Of a DNA stretch of 25,498 nt, positions 16,359-25,208 are shown piece after piece. The notes beneath the pieces are model-generated. The model worked only from the letters and a program-made list of their open reading frames with translations. It searched no databases and had not been told where the DNA came from. Each line of letters begins with the position of its first letter. Position 1 is the first letter of the stretch. The position numbers and the translations under genes are program-made. The DNA comes from Pseudomonadota bacterium (GTDB taxonomy: Bacteria > UBA10199 > 2-02-FULL-44-16 > JAAZCA01). The DNA lies in assembly GCA_043798915.1 (NCBI GenBank), contig JAZDOG010000080.1:1-25498 (forward strand). The letters run 5' to 3'.

Positions 16359-17375
16359 ATGGGGAAAATCGAAGGATACATAAGGCTGCAGCTGTGCCGC
16401 AGCGATATAAAAACGGCGAATGGTTTGTCTCCCGATGAGACGCTCGACGATACATGTGTAAAATTTTTCAAACAATTTCGCGGGTACATCAGGGAGAACT
16501 GCAGGAGATACGAAACCAGACGGAGTGAGAAGGCGATATTCGAAGATGAGAGTCTGAGGAAAGTGTTTTTGGATGAAAATATTTTCCAGTGCACCCGCGA
16601 CGCCTTTGTCAGCGATGACTCAGAGGAGAGCGCGGCGAAATGGGAAAATTTATTGGAAAGCATCCGGGATAAAAATATACAATTATATTGTGCTGCCAGG
16701 GTTTTGAGGAACTTGTCCATGCAGGACCCGCAGGATCAGAAAGACCCCCCAAACTGGGAAAAGGAAGCAAAAAAGCTGGAGAAAACCAGGCGCAAGTGCA
16801 AAAATTTTTTGGAAAATCAGCAGACGAGCGAAGCTCCCGCTGAGAGCAGACCGCCCGTTGCCAGCAGGCTTCCTGCCGGATCCAAACTCGACGAAAACGG
16901 CGGGCTGTTGCCGCCTGAATCCTATGAACGCAAGCCCGAATCTCCCGAACCGAAACAGGCGGACAAGCCGAAACAGGCGGACAACACGGTGAAGTGGGCC
17001 GGGGTGGGGGTGCTCGGCACAGGTCTGGTAGCCGGAGTTGTCGGCGCAGTTCTTTTGGTCCTGGCGTCATCGAATCATGACAAAGCGGCAAACCTTGCCG
17101 CCGACATGGGGGGCTTGTCCGGCGATGACTATGATGATAAAAAGACGCAGTTTCTGAACGCATATTCAAGCTACCAGAGCGAAAACACCGCGGGATGGGC
17201 GATGCTCGGTCTCGGCGCGGCAGCGCTCGCCACAGGGCTGGGCCTCTTTCTGTGGAAGACGCTCCGCAAGGACGATGGCGCGAAAAAAGATGAGGCGGAC
17301 CCGAATGCTGCGAAAAGAGCCGCCCTCTGGGTTGCGCCTTCGCTGGGCGGGCTTTCATTTGGCGGCGAGTTTTGA
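16359..17375 (+). CDS. Family A copy 3: Cys-patterned domain + Pro linker + two Gly-rich hydrophobic helices + Phe-terminated tail
   Basis: AGGAGAGG RBS; no signal peptide; ends ALWVAPSLGGLSFGGEF. Confidence 0.78.
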   Translation: MGKIEGYIRLQLCRSDIKTANGLSPDETLDDTCVKFFKQFRGYIRENCRRYETRRSEKAIFEDESLRKVFLDENIFQCTRDAFVSDDSEESAAKWENLLESIRDKNIQLYCAARVLRNLSMQDPQDQKDPPNWEKEAKKLEKTRRKCKNFLENQQTSEAPAESRPPVASRLPAGSKLDENGGLLPPESYERKPESPEPKQADKPKQADNTVKWAGVGVLGTGLVAGVVGAVLLVLASSNHDKAANLAADMGGLSGDDYDDKKTQFLNAYSSYQSENTAGWAMLGLGAAALATGLGLFLWKTLRKDDGAKKDEADPNAAKRAALWVAPSLGGLSFGGEF

Positions 17376-17403
17376 TAGGGATACATCAAGGATATAAGGA
17401 TAT

Positions 17404-18504
17404 ATGGCGATGATCAAAATCAACATCTGCGATCCGCGCGGCGATTACAGGCAGGAGATACAGGAAAAACATGCCGAGGCCGTCATTGGAGAGGCGGAGA
17501 GGCGTATCGCCGACGACCAGTCGCGCCGCGAAGAGATGGGATCGGGCTTTTTCATCTCCCCGCCTGATCGCAAGGATTTAATATATCTCCCGCTCCTTCT
17601 CAGTCCCCTTGGGCTGATTGGGCTGTTCGGGCTGGGGCTCGGCGGATGCGATGATATCAAGTTCCCAGCCCCCGCCGACCTCAGCGGGGCGGAAATGGGA
17701 GATATGTCCGGGAAGCCGGATATTAAGATGCTCGTGGATCAGGAGCCAGGCGATCTCTCCTCCTTGGATATGGGCGACGACATGACGCAGGGCGACGACA
17801 TATGCTGCGGGCCCGACCTCACCCAGCCGGAGCCGGACATGTCGGCGCAGCAGGATATTGCCCAGCCGCCCCTGCCGGATCTGGCCTCTGCGGACCTTTC
17901 GACGCCGCTGAAAAATGTCCTCCAGCTCCATTTCGATGAGGGTATCGGTTCTGCAACCAGGGACAGCAGCGGGATCGGCAACGATGGACAGCTCTCCGAT
18001 CCTCTTGCGCAGTGGGGCGCGGGCAAAATCGGGAAGGCGGTATACTTCAGCGGCGCGGACAACACCCAGAACGCGAAGGTCGGCATAACCAAACCGATAG
18101 GCCTGGGTTCCAATGCATTTACAATATCTTTCGACGTCTATCTGAATTCATTGGGAACGAAACAGACGGTCGCAATATATCTTGATGCGCAAAAGAACGA
18201 GGCGTTCAAGATATACGCGAAAGCCGATGGCACCCTGGCGTTCCATACCCCGGCGTGCAGCGATGCCGCCGTGACCCAAGCGAACCAGGCCCTGAAAACG
18301 GCGCAATGGTATTCCGTCAAAATCCAGCATGACGGAGGACAGCCAAGAATGTCTATAGACGGGAATGTCGCAGATTCCAGCGCGTGTGCCCTCAATATTC
18401 CGGATGGAGGCACGCTGATTTTTGGCGTCGAAACGCTGGTTGGAGGAAAAGATACGCTGAATGGCGGCGTGGACGAATGGGAAATCTGGCAGGGGTTGAA
18501 ATAA
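17404..18504 (+). CDS. Lipoprotein-like protein with Asp-Met/Leu repeat stalk and LamG-like domain (paralog of 12327..13463)
   Basis: Hydrophobic stretch + LGGC at Cys82; DLS/DMS/DMT repeats; LHFDEG.G..T.DSSG.GNDG, GKIGKAVYF, LNGGVDEWEIW motifs. Confidence 0.8.
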   Translation: MAMIKINICDPRGDYRQEIQEKHAEAVIGEAERRIADDQSRREEMGSGFFISPPDRKDLIYLPLLLSPLGLIGLFGLGLGGCDDIKFPAPADLSGAEMGDMSGKPDIKMLVDQEPGDLSSLDMGDDMTQGDDICCGPDLTQPEPDMSAQQDIAQPPLPDLASADLSTPLKNVLQLHFDEGIGSATRDSSGIGNDGQLSDPLAQWGAGKIGKAVYFSGADNTQNAKVGITKPIGLGSNAFTISFDVYLNSLGTKQTVAIYLDAQKNEAFKIYAKADGTLAFHTPACSDAAVTQANQALKTAQWYSVKIQHDGGQPRMSIDGNVADSSACALNIPDGGTLIFGVETLVGGKDTLNGGVDEWEIWQGLK

Positions 18505-18524
18505 TTTCCCCAAAGGGGCTGTCT

Positions 18525-20261
18525 ATGTATTCCAAAAAGCTGATAGTCATCGCATTCTCTTTGCTGATGCTGGCAAGCTGCGGCAGCGAAGGGGTAAGCG
18601 TCGATGCTGGAGAAGGCAACGTCACGCTGCCCCCCTCGACGTCGACAGCCGTTGCAGCGCCGACAGTCGCTTCCACAAAACTTGTGTTTCTCGACGGCAC
18701 CACAAAAGTGGATGCGTCGCTGACGCCGAGCCGTCCGATTCCGTTGAGCGCGGCCGTCGAAGTGGTGTTCTCGAAAGACATGAACGACCGGTCGTTTGTC
18801 GATGGCGTAGCCAGGCTCGTCTACGTGGCCGAAGGAACTGAAAAGACCGTGGCGGGTGCGGCGACATGGAGCGACAAAAGGACGCTGGTCTTCACCCCTC
18901 AATATCACAGGCTGAAGGCCGGGACCGCCTGCACCTTTGAGATCACGACGGCCGCAGAATCTGAGGATGAAGCCAAACTTGCAACCGCCTTCAGCCAGCA
19001 ATTCAAGACCATGACAGCCGGCGACGTCGACGGAGACGAGCATGCGGACGTCGTCGTCGGCGCGCCAAACGTCGGCGGCTCGGCAGGCAGGGCATATGTT
19101 TACAGCGGCAAAGACCTGACCGGCACGTTTGTTGCTGCATTGGCAGGAAGCAATAACAATGAACTGGTTGGCTATTCCGCAGCGGTGGGCGATGTGAATG
19201 GAGACGGTTATGCCGACGTCGTCATCGGAGCGCCGGGAGTTGGTGGAAAGGGCGCGGTCTATATTATAAACGGCGCCACCGGCGCCGCGGACTGGACGCT
19301 TACTGGCGAAGCGGCGGGCGGCCATCAGTTTGGCTATTCCGTGGCCGTGGGTGACGTAGACGGAGACGGAAAAGAAGATGTCATAGTCGGAGATAACATA
19401 TTCGATGACGGAGCTCTGACGGGCGCAGGCAAAGTATACGTATACAGCGGCGAGAGCCTCTCGGGCGCCGCGATTGCTGCGATAACAGGCGTGGCGGCCG
19501 GCGATAAAACAGGCAGCTCGGTTGCCGCCGGGGATATGGACGGCGACGGGCATTACGAAGTTGCAGCGGGCGCCCCCCTTCTGAATTCCCAAGCGGGCGC
19601 TGTATATGTGTTCAGCGGTGTAAAACTTGATTCCAATCTGTATACCAGCGATGCAGCGGGCGCTGTCGGCTGGACGCTTGCGGGGCCGGCTGCAAATACC
19701 CGCTTTGGGTGGGCATTATCAATGGGGGACATGGATGGTGACGGAAAGGCGGATTTGGCAGTCGGAGCACCACGGTGGAACAGCTATTTGGGCAAGGTTT
19801 ATATCTATAATGATAGCGGGTTGAACAGCGGAACCACAATTGCGACAGTGACAGGCACGCAGGCCGCAGGCAAATTTGGCAGTTCGGTTGCGGCTGTTGC
19901 GGATGCCGACGATGATGGAAGATCTGAGCTGGTGGTTGGAGCGCCAGGCGCGGATAAGGCATATTTTATGTATGGAAAACTTTTGACCGCCGACATAGAC
20001 GCTTCGCAGATAGCCGGCAGCATAGGCACGGGCTGGGTGGTGGCCGGCGGCGGTTCAGATTCATGCGGTTCCGCTGTCTCGGGAGGGGATGTCACCGCCG
20101 ATGGAACGGTCGAGTTTATTGTCGGCTGTCCGGCCTACAATGCCATGGGGGAAACGGTCATCTATAGCATCGCCGACGGCTACGATATCAACAACGGATC
20201 GCTGGTGAACCCCGCGGGGGCCAACGACATGTTTGGAACATCTGTGTCGGGGGGGAATTAA
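18525..20261 (+). CDS. Lipoprotein with Ig-like (Big_5-type) domain and seven FG-GAP / integrin-alpha repeats
   Basis: Start placed at ATG 18525 (MYSKKLIVIAFSLLMLAS-C); VVFSKDM...LVFTP Ig motif; seven GD.[DN]GD...D..VGAP-type repeats with FG.SV segments. Confidence 0.88.
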   Translation: MYSKKLIVIAFSLLMLASCGSEGVSVDAGEGNVTLPPSTSTAVAAPTVASTKLVFLDGTTKVDASLTPSRPIPLSAAVEVVFSKDMNDRSFVDGVARLVYVAEGTEKTVAGAATWSDKRTLVFTPQYHRLKAGTACTFEITTAAESEDEAKLATAFSQQFKTMTAGDVDGDEHADVVVGAPNVGGSAGRAYVYSGKDLTGTFVAALAGSNNNELVGYSAAVGDVNGDGYADVVIGAPGVGGKGAVYIINGATGAADWTLTGEAAGGHQFGYSVAVGDVDGDGKEDVIVGDNIFDDGALTGAGKVYVYSGESLSGAAIAAITGVAAGDKTGSSVAAGDMDGDGHYEVAAGAPLLNSQAGAVYVFSGVKLDSNLYTSDAAGAVGWTLAGPAANTRFGWALSMGDMDGDGKADLAVGAPRWNSYLGKVYIYNDSGLNSGTTIATVTGTQAAGKFGSSVAAVADADDDGRSELVVGAPGADKAYFMYGKLLTADIDASQIAGSIGTGWVVAGGGSDSCGSAVSGGDVTADGTVEFIVGCPAYNAMGETVIYSIADGYDINNGSLVNPAGANDMFGTSVSGGN

Positions 20262-20291
20262 ACATAAGCATAAGCCGTGACCGGCAGCCTC

Positions 20292-20324
20292 ATAAAACGG
20301 GATCCCTTCAGGATCCCGTTTTAT
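20292..20324. terminator. Bidirectional intrinsic terminator
   Basis: Perfect 14-bp inverted repeat ATAAAACGGGATCC-cttca-GGATCCCGTTTTAT. Confidence 0.8.
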
Positions 20325-20436
20325 TATTAAAATCAAGGGCGGTAGCCTCTGGGTCTTTTGGAAATTGAATAAGCGGCCTGTTGTGTTTTTCAACAGGGAT
20401 GTTAAACTTTGCCCCGAATTGACAGGGAGGTGGAAA

Positions 20437-21504
20437 ATGAAGAGAGGACGCATTGTATTCTGCGCCGTGGTTGCGGTCGCGGCTGGAGTCCTGCCTGCGG
20501 GATTTGCGCGCGCGCAGCAACCGCAGCCAGCAGTGCAGCCGTATGCGCCGCCGGTGGCGCTGCAGCCGCAGGCTCAAGCGCCGCAGCCCCTGCCAGCTCA
20601 ACTGGCCCAGCCGCAACCTTATGCACAGCCTGCAGCGCCAGTTCAACCGGCCAGGCCGCAGCCTTATGCACAGCCTGCAGCGCCAGTTCAACCGGCCCAG
20701 CCGCAACCTTATGCACAGCCTGCAGCGCCAGCTCAGCCGGCCCAGCCGCAGCCTTATGCACAGCCTGCAGCGCCAGCTCAACCGGCCCAGCCGCAACCTT
20801 ATGCACAGCCTGCTCCGGCGCCTTACGTACAGCAGCCTGTTCCGGCGCAGCTTGCGCCGCCCATGCAGTTTCAAGCGATTCCGGCGGCTCCGGCTCCGAC
20901 ACCAGCTCCAGCTCCTTCGCTCCCGGCTGTCCAGCCGGCCGCGCCAGCTGCTCCGGCGCCAGCCCCGCAGCCGGCGCCAGTTAAGCCGGCACCGGTGCAA
21001 AAACATGCGGCGCCACCGGTTCAAAAGCCAGCGCCGGCGCCCGCAGCTGTCAGTCCGGCGCCAGCAACACCACCGGCTGCAGCGCCGCAGGCCCAGCCGC
21101 CGAAACCACAACCTCCAACCACGCAGCCGCCACCAGCTGCTGCAGCGGCAGCACCCGAGGCCCCGAAGCCGCCGGTCAAAAAGAAACGCGTTTCTCGCCT
21201 TCCGCCGGTTACAGGGACAACTGCGGATGGCAAGAAATCCGATCTCCCGGCTGGATGGGAGGGCCCGGATAAGCTCCCGCCTGGCGCGGTCCGACTCGAA
21301 GATCTGAAGCCGGCCTATGGTGCGGGCGCATACAAACCCAAGGCGTCCCTGCCCAAAAAGCCCAGCGCAGCCGCTATGCCGGCGACTCCTGCTCCGCCCC
21401 CGGCGCCTGCGACGACTCCTCCGCCGAAACCCGAGAAGGATGTCATGGAGACAACGGGAGGGGGAGAGAAACCGTTGGTCCCGCCGTCGAGATGGGGCCA
21501 ATAG
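20437..21504 (+). CDS. Secreted Pro/Ala/Gln-rich low-complexity protein
   Basis: GGGAGG RBS before ATG 20437; signal peptide MKRGRIVFCAVVAVAAGVLPAGFARA; tandem AQPQPYAQPAAP(V/A)QP repeats. Confidence 0.75.
   Translation: MKRGRIVFCAVVAVAAGVLPAGFARAQQPQPAVQPYAPPVALQPQAQAPQPLPAQLAQPQPYAQPAAPVQPARPQPYAQPAAPVQPAQPQPYAQPAAPAQPAQPQPYAQPAAPAQPAQPQPYAQPAPAPYVQQPVPAQLAPPMQFQAIPAAPAPTPAPAPSLPAVQPAAPAAPAPAPQPAPVKPAPVQKHAAPPVQKPAPAPAAVSPAPATPPAAAPQAQPPKPQPPTTQPPPAAAAAAPEAPKPPVKKKRVSRLPPVTGTTADGKKSDLPAGWEGPDKLPPGAVRLEDLKPAYGAGAYKPKASLPKKPSAAAMPATPAPPPAPATTPPPKPEKDVMETTGGGEKPLVPPSRWGQ
20594..20813 (+). repeat. 45-bp coding tandem repeat, about 5 units
   Basis: CCTTATGCACAGCCTGC recurs at 20617, 20662, 20707, 20752 and 20797. 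Confidence 0.9.
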
Positions 21505-21529
21505 CTGCCGTCGATCTCAAAATGCATGT

Positions 21530-21559
21530 CAGGCCGGGGACGACCCCCGGCCTGTTTTT
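21530..21559 (+). terminator. Terminator-like hairpin + U-tract abutting the tRNA
   Basis: CAGGCCGGGG-acgac-CCCCGGCCTG followed by TTTTT. Confidence 0.6.
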
Positions 21560-21647
<88 letters not shown>

Positions 21648-21654
21648 AAGAGAA

Positions 21655-24126
21655 ATGAGACGGGGCGAAAGGATGATGTTCGGGCGCAAGAGGGAAAAAA
21701 AGAGATTCTTCAAGAAGAGCAGGACGGAGAAGAACGTCGGCCGTTTCTTCCGCCTCCGTCGTCTCTGGCGGATAGCCAAGTGGCTCGCCGTGGCGGCCGT
21801 CCTCGCCTTCCTCGCCCTCTCGTATCACTTCCGGAGCCTCGACCGCATGATCGAGGCGAAATTCGACCGGCCGCGCAAGTGGGACCTCCCGTCGCGCGTC
21901 TATTCGGACGCCGAATACATATATCCCGGCGTCGATGTAAAGGCGCGGGAAATAGTCGCCAAGCTCGACCGGCTGGGCTACCGCAACACGGGCGAGACGA
22001 TCTCCGGGCCCGGCGATTACTCGGTGGGCGCAGGCAGGCTCGACATCCATCTGCACGACTTTGACTACCCCGACGAAAAGTTCAACGGCTTCGCGGTGAG
22101 GTTCTCGCTCGATGGCAGCGCCGTGAAGAACATCACGGCCCTCAAGAGCGGCGAGCAGATGGAACTCATGCACCTGGAGCCGGAGGAGATATCGTCGATA
22201 TTCAACGAGGCGATGGAGGACAGGACCATCGTGAACCTCACGCAGATCCCCGAGCGCCTGATCGAGGCGATCATCCTCATCGAGGACGACAGATTCTTCC
22301 AGCACGGCGGGATTGATCCGCTGGGAATCGCGCGCGCCGCGGTGGTCAACATAATGTCGATGCGCGTGGTCCAGGGCGGATCGACGCTCACGCAGCAGCT
22401 GGTGAAAAACTTCTTCCTCTATCCCAAGCGGTCGTTCGTCAGAAAGATCAACGAGATGCTGATCGCCTACAGGATCGAGAAGAACCACACCAAGGCGCAG
22501 ATCCTCGAGGCCTATTTGAACGAGATATACCTCGGCCAGCGCGGCGCGTCATCCGTTTCGGGAGTCGAGGAGGCGAGCCGCCTCTATTTTGCGAAGGACG
22601 CGGGGCAGATTTCACTCGCCGAATCGGCGCTTCTGGCCGGCATGATCCGGTCGCCAAACGAATACAACCCGATCACGAAGCCGGACAAGGCGAAGGCCAG
22701 GCGCGATTTCGTGCTCAAGCGCATGCTGGAGAAGGGGCTGGTGCCGAAGGATGAATACGCCGCCGCGGTCGCCGAAAAGATAGTCACGCCCAAGCCCAAG
22801 ATGCGCGTCTCCACGGCCCCGTTCTTCATCGACTTCGTGAAGCGGCAGATCGCCGACCTCTATCCACAGGAGGTCTTGCAGACCGAGGGCCTGCGCATCT
22901 TCACCTAGCTCGATATGTTCTCCCAGATCGCCGCCGAGCGCGCGGTCTCCGAGGAGCTCGCGCTCCTTGAGAAGAACAACGCCAAGCTCCTGCCCAAGGA
23001 CCACCCGGGGCCGCTGGAGGCCTGCCTTGTGGCGATCCAGCCCTCAACCGGATATGTGCGCGCGCTGGTCGGCGGCCGCAGCTACGCGTCGAGCCAGTTC
23101 GACCGCTGCACGCAGGCTGCGCGCCAGCCGGGTTCGACCTTCAAGCCGTTCGTCTATCTGACAGCACTCGATCCCAGGCGTTCGAGCAGGCCCTTCACTC
23201 CAGCGTCGATCATCGACGACACGAGCTTCGAGATCGAGGCCGGCGGCAAGATGTGGAGCCCGAAGAACTACGAGAAGAACGAGCACGGCCCGGTGACGCT
23301 CTCGACCGCGCTCGAGCAGAGCATGAACATAGCGACGGCGAGGCTCGCGATCGAGGCGGGCCTCGAGAACGTGGTCAAGACCGCGCGAGACGCCGGGATC
23401 ACGAGCCCGCTCGATGCGGTGCCGTCGCTCGCTCTCGGCGCGTTTGAGGTGAGGCCGATGGAGATGGCCGCCGCCTACACGATATTTCCGAACGGCGGCA
23501 TACGGGCTGAGCCGCTCGCGATCATCAACGTGGTCACGAAGGAGGGCGAGATCCTCCAGAAGAAGTCGCTCCAGATGAAGAGGGCGTTCGACGCCGCTCC
23601 GGTCTACATCGCGACGACGATGCTCAAGGGCGTCATCGACCGCGGCACGGGCGCTGGCGCGCGCAGCCTGGGGTTCACCGCCACCGCGGCAGGCAAGACC
23701 GGCACGACATCCAACTACCGCGATGCATGGTTCTCGGGCTTCACGCCGTCGCTCCTCGCCCTCGCGTGGGTCGGCTACGACGACAACGCGGAGATAAAGA
23801 TGAGCGGCGCGAGGGCCGCCCTGCCGATCTGGGCTCACTTCATGAAGGAAGCGGCACCCTCCGGCGGCGGGGATTTCTCTGGTCCTTCCGGAGTGATTCT
23901 GGTAAAGATCGACCCCCGAACAGGGGGCCTCGCCGGCGGTTCTTGCCCCGGCGGTATCACCGAGGCCTTCATGGAGGGGACGGAACCAAGGCAGACATGC
24001 GACGAGATATCTATTCATCCTGCAGACCCCATCAGAACGCTGACGCTCACTGCGCCGAAGACGGCGGCCGCGCCGGAGGCCGTGCCAAAGGCAGCGCCCG
24101 AAAATTCGAAGCCGGGCGATTTCTGA
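21655..24126 (+). pseudogene. mrcB: Penicillin-binding protein 1B (TM + UB2H + GT51 transglycosylase + transpeptidase) interrupted by one in-frame TAG at 22906-22908
   Basis: ORFs 21655..22908 and 22915..24126 share a frame; EDDRF, GGSTLTQQLVKN, RKINE; GLRIFT*LD; SxxK QPGSTFKP, SMN, KTGT. Confidence 0.85.
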
Positions 24127-24629
24127 TCCTTCTGCTGTCGCTTTTCCTCGCTGCGGTGCTCGCTGGGTGCGCCTCAGCCCCCAAGAAACAGCCTCATAAA
24201 AAAATCCCGACGGAGACCCATAAACCGGCGTCTGAACCTCAAACGCCTGCGGTGAAGCCGCCGCCCGAGGCGGTGCGCACAAACGCGCGGCCGTCCACGG
24301 CGGAGACCGCGACGCCTCAGCGTCAGGCCTCCATGCGGCTCGTGGAGAAGGGGAAGGCGCTCATGGACGCGCAGAATTTCGATCGAGCCTCCGCCACCTT
24401 CAGGGACGCGATCAACGTCGATGCCTCAAACGGGCTGGCCTATTATTATCTGGCCGCGGCGGATGCGAAGACTGCTCAAGCCGCGGTCGCGCTCGGGCTC
24501 CTCGACAAGGCCGAGGCGCTGCTCGGCGCCGACGCGGAGTGGATGGACCGCATCAACGAGCTTCGCTCGGAACTCGGCGCGCCAGCCTCGAAACCCACGG
24601 TGCCGTCTCCCATAGACCAGGCATTTTAG
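23997..24629 (+). CDS. TPR lipoprotein, LpoP-like putative PBP1b activator (start uncertain, 23997-24123)
   Basis: Lipobox VLAG-C, Pro/Lys-rich linker, TPR helices (A.INVDASNGLAYYYLA); directly downstream of and overlapping mrcB, as in Pseudomonas ponB-lpoP. Confidence 0.7.
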   Translation: MRRDIYSSCRPHQNADAHCAEDGGRAGGRAKGSARKFEAGRFLILLLSLFLAAVLAGCASAPKKQPHKKIPTETHKPASEPQTPAVKPPPEAVRTNARPSTAETATPQRQASMRLVEKGKALMDAQNFDRASATFRDAINVDASNGLAYYYLAAADAKTAQAAVALGLLDKAEALLGADAEWMDRINELRSELGAPASKPTVPSPIDQAF

Positions 24630-24636
24630 AGATTCC

Positions 24637-25122
24637 CTACTGATATTTTTTGAACCGGGGAAACCATCTCGGCACCGCGTCGCGATATGCCCGATATTCC
24701 CTGCCGAAGCGCTCGAGGAGCGCCGGTTCCTCGAAGAAGACCACCCAGAAGTGCATGCACCACGTGAAGAGGAGGGAATAGGCGATCATGGCGATCCGCG
24801 ACGTGATGAGCGCCTCGCCCCAGAGCGTGAGGATTGCGCCCAGCATGAAGGGGTTTCGGACGCAGCGATAGGGGCCGGCGATCGTGAAGATGCCGCCGGC
24901 GTCATATGGCGCTGGGCGGCTCTTTCCCGGGATGAATACGGTCGCGGCGCAGTAGATGGCGAGCGGCACGCCGATTGCCATCAGCGCGATGCCGGCGTAG
25001 CGGAGCTTTCCCATCGCGATCGGCGGGAAGCTCGCGTCGAACTGCATGGCCAGCCACGGCCCCACGATGAGCGCGATCAGAAGAAACGCCGTACCCCACA
25101 GGATGGCTCGAAATACGAACAT
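24637..25122 (-). CDS. Isoprenylcysteine carboxyl methyltransferase (ICMT/PEMT) family membrane protein
   Basis: GPYRCVRNPFMLG and EEPALLERFGREYRAYRDAVPRWFP motifs; GGAG RBS. Confidence 0.9.
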   Translation of the reverse strand: MFVFRAILWGTAFLLIALIVGPWLAMQFDASFPPIAMGKLRYAGIALMAIGVPLAIYCAATVFIPGKSRPAPYDAGGIFTIAGPYRCVRNPFMLGAILTLWGEALITSRIAMIAYSLLFTWCMHFWVVFFEEPALLERFGREYRAYRDAVPRWFPRFKKYQ

Positions 25123-25208
25123 GGTTTGTCTCCTCGCCTTTGCATGATATATATCAGAGCGGTGGGATAACGTAAAAGGATTTTGGGCGACATGGAGGAG
25201 GAACCCAT

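Noticed and set aside
11194..16475. Minus-strand ORFs across the conserved element (11194..11511, 15449..15658, 15758..16333, 16201..16455)
   Set aside because: Their shared Phe/Lys-rich peptides come from translating the A/T tracts of the element; starts, stops and frames are not conserved between copies.
15431..16760. A2/A3 duplication as DGR template/variable repeat
   Set aside because: Differences are not confined to adenines and include indels; both copies have their own upstream element and RBS; no reverse transcriptase is present.
20594..20813. 45-bp repeats as a CRISPR array
   Set aside because: Units are contiguous with no unique spacers, are in frame within a signal-peptide ORF, and no cas genes are present.
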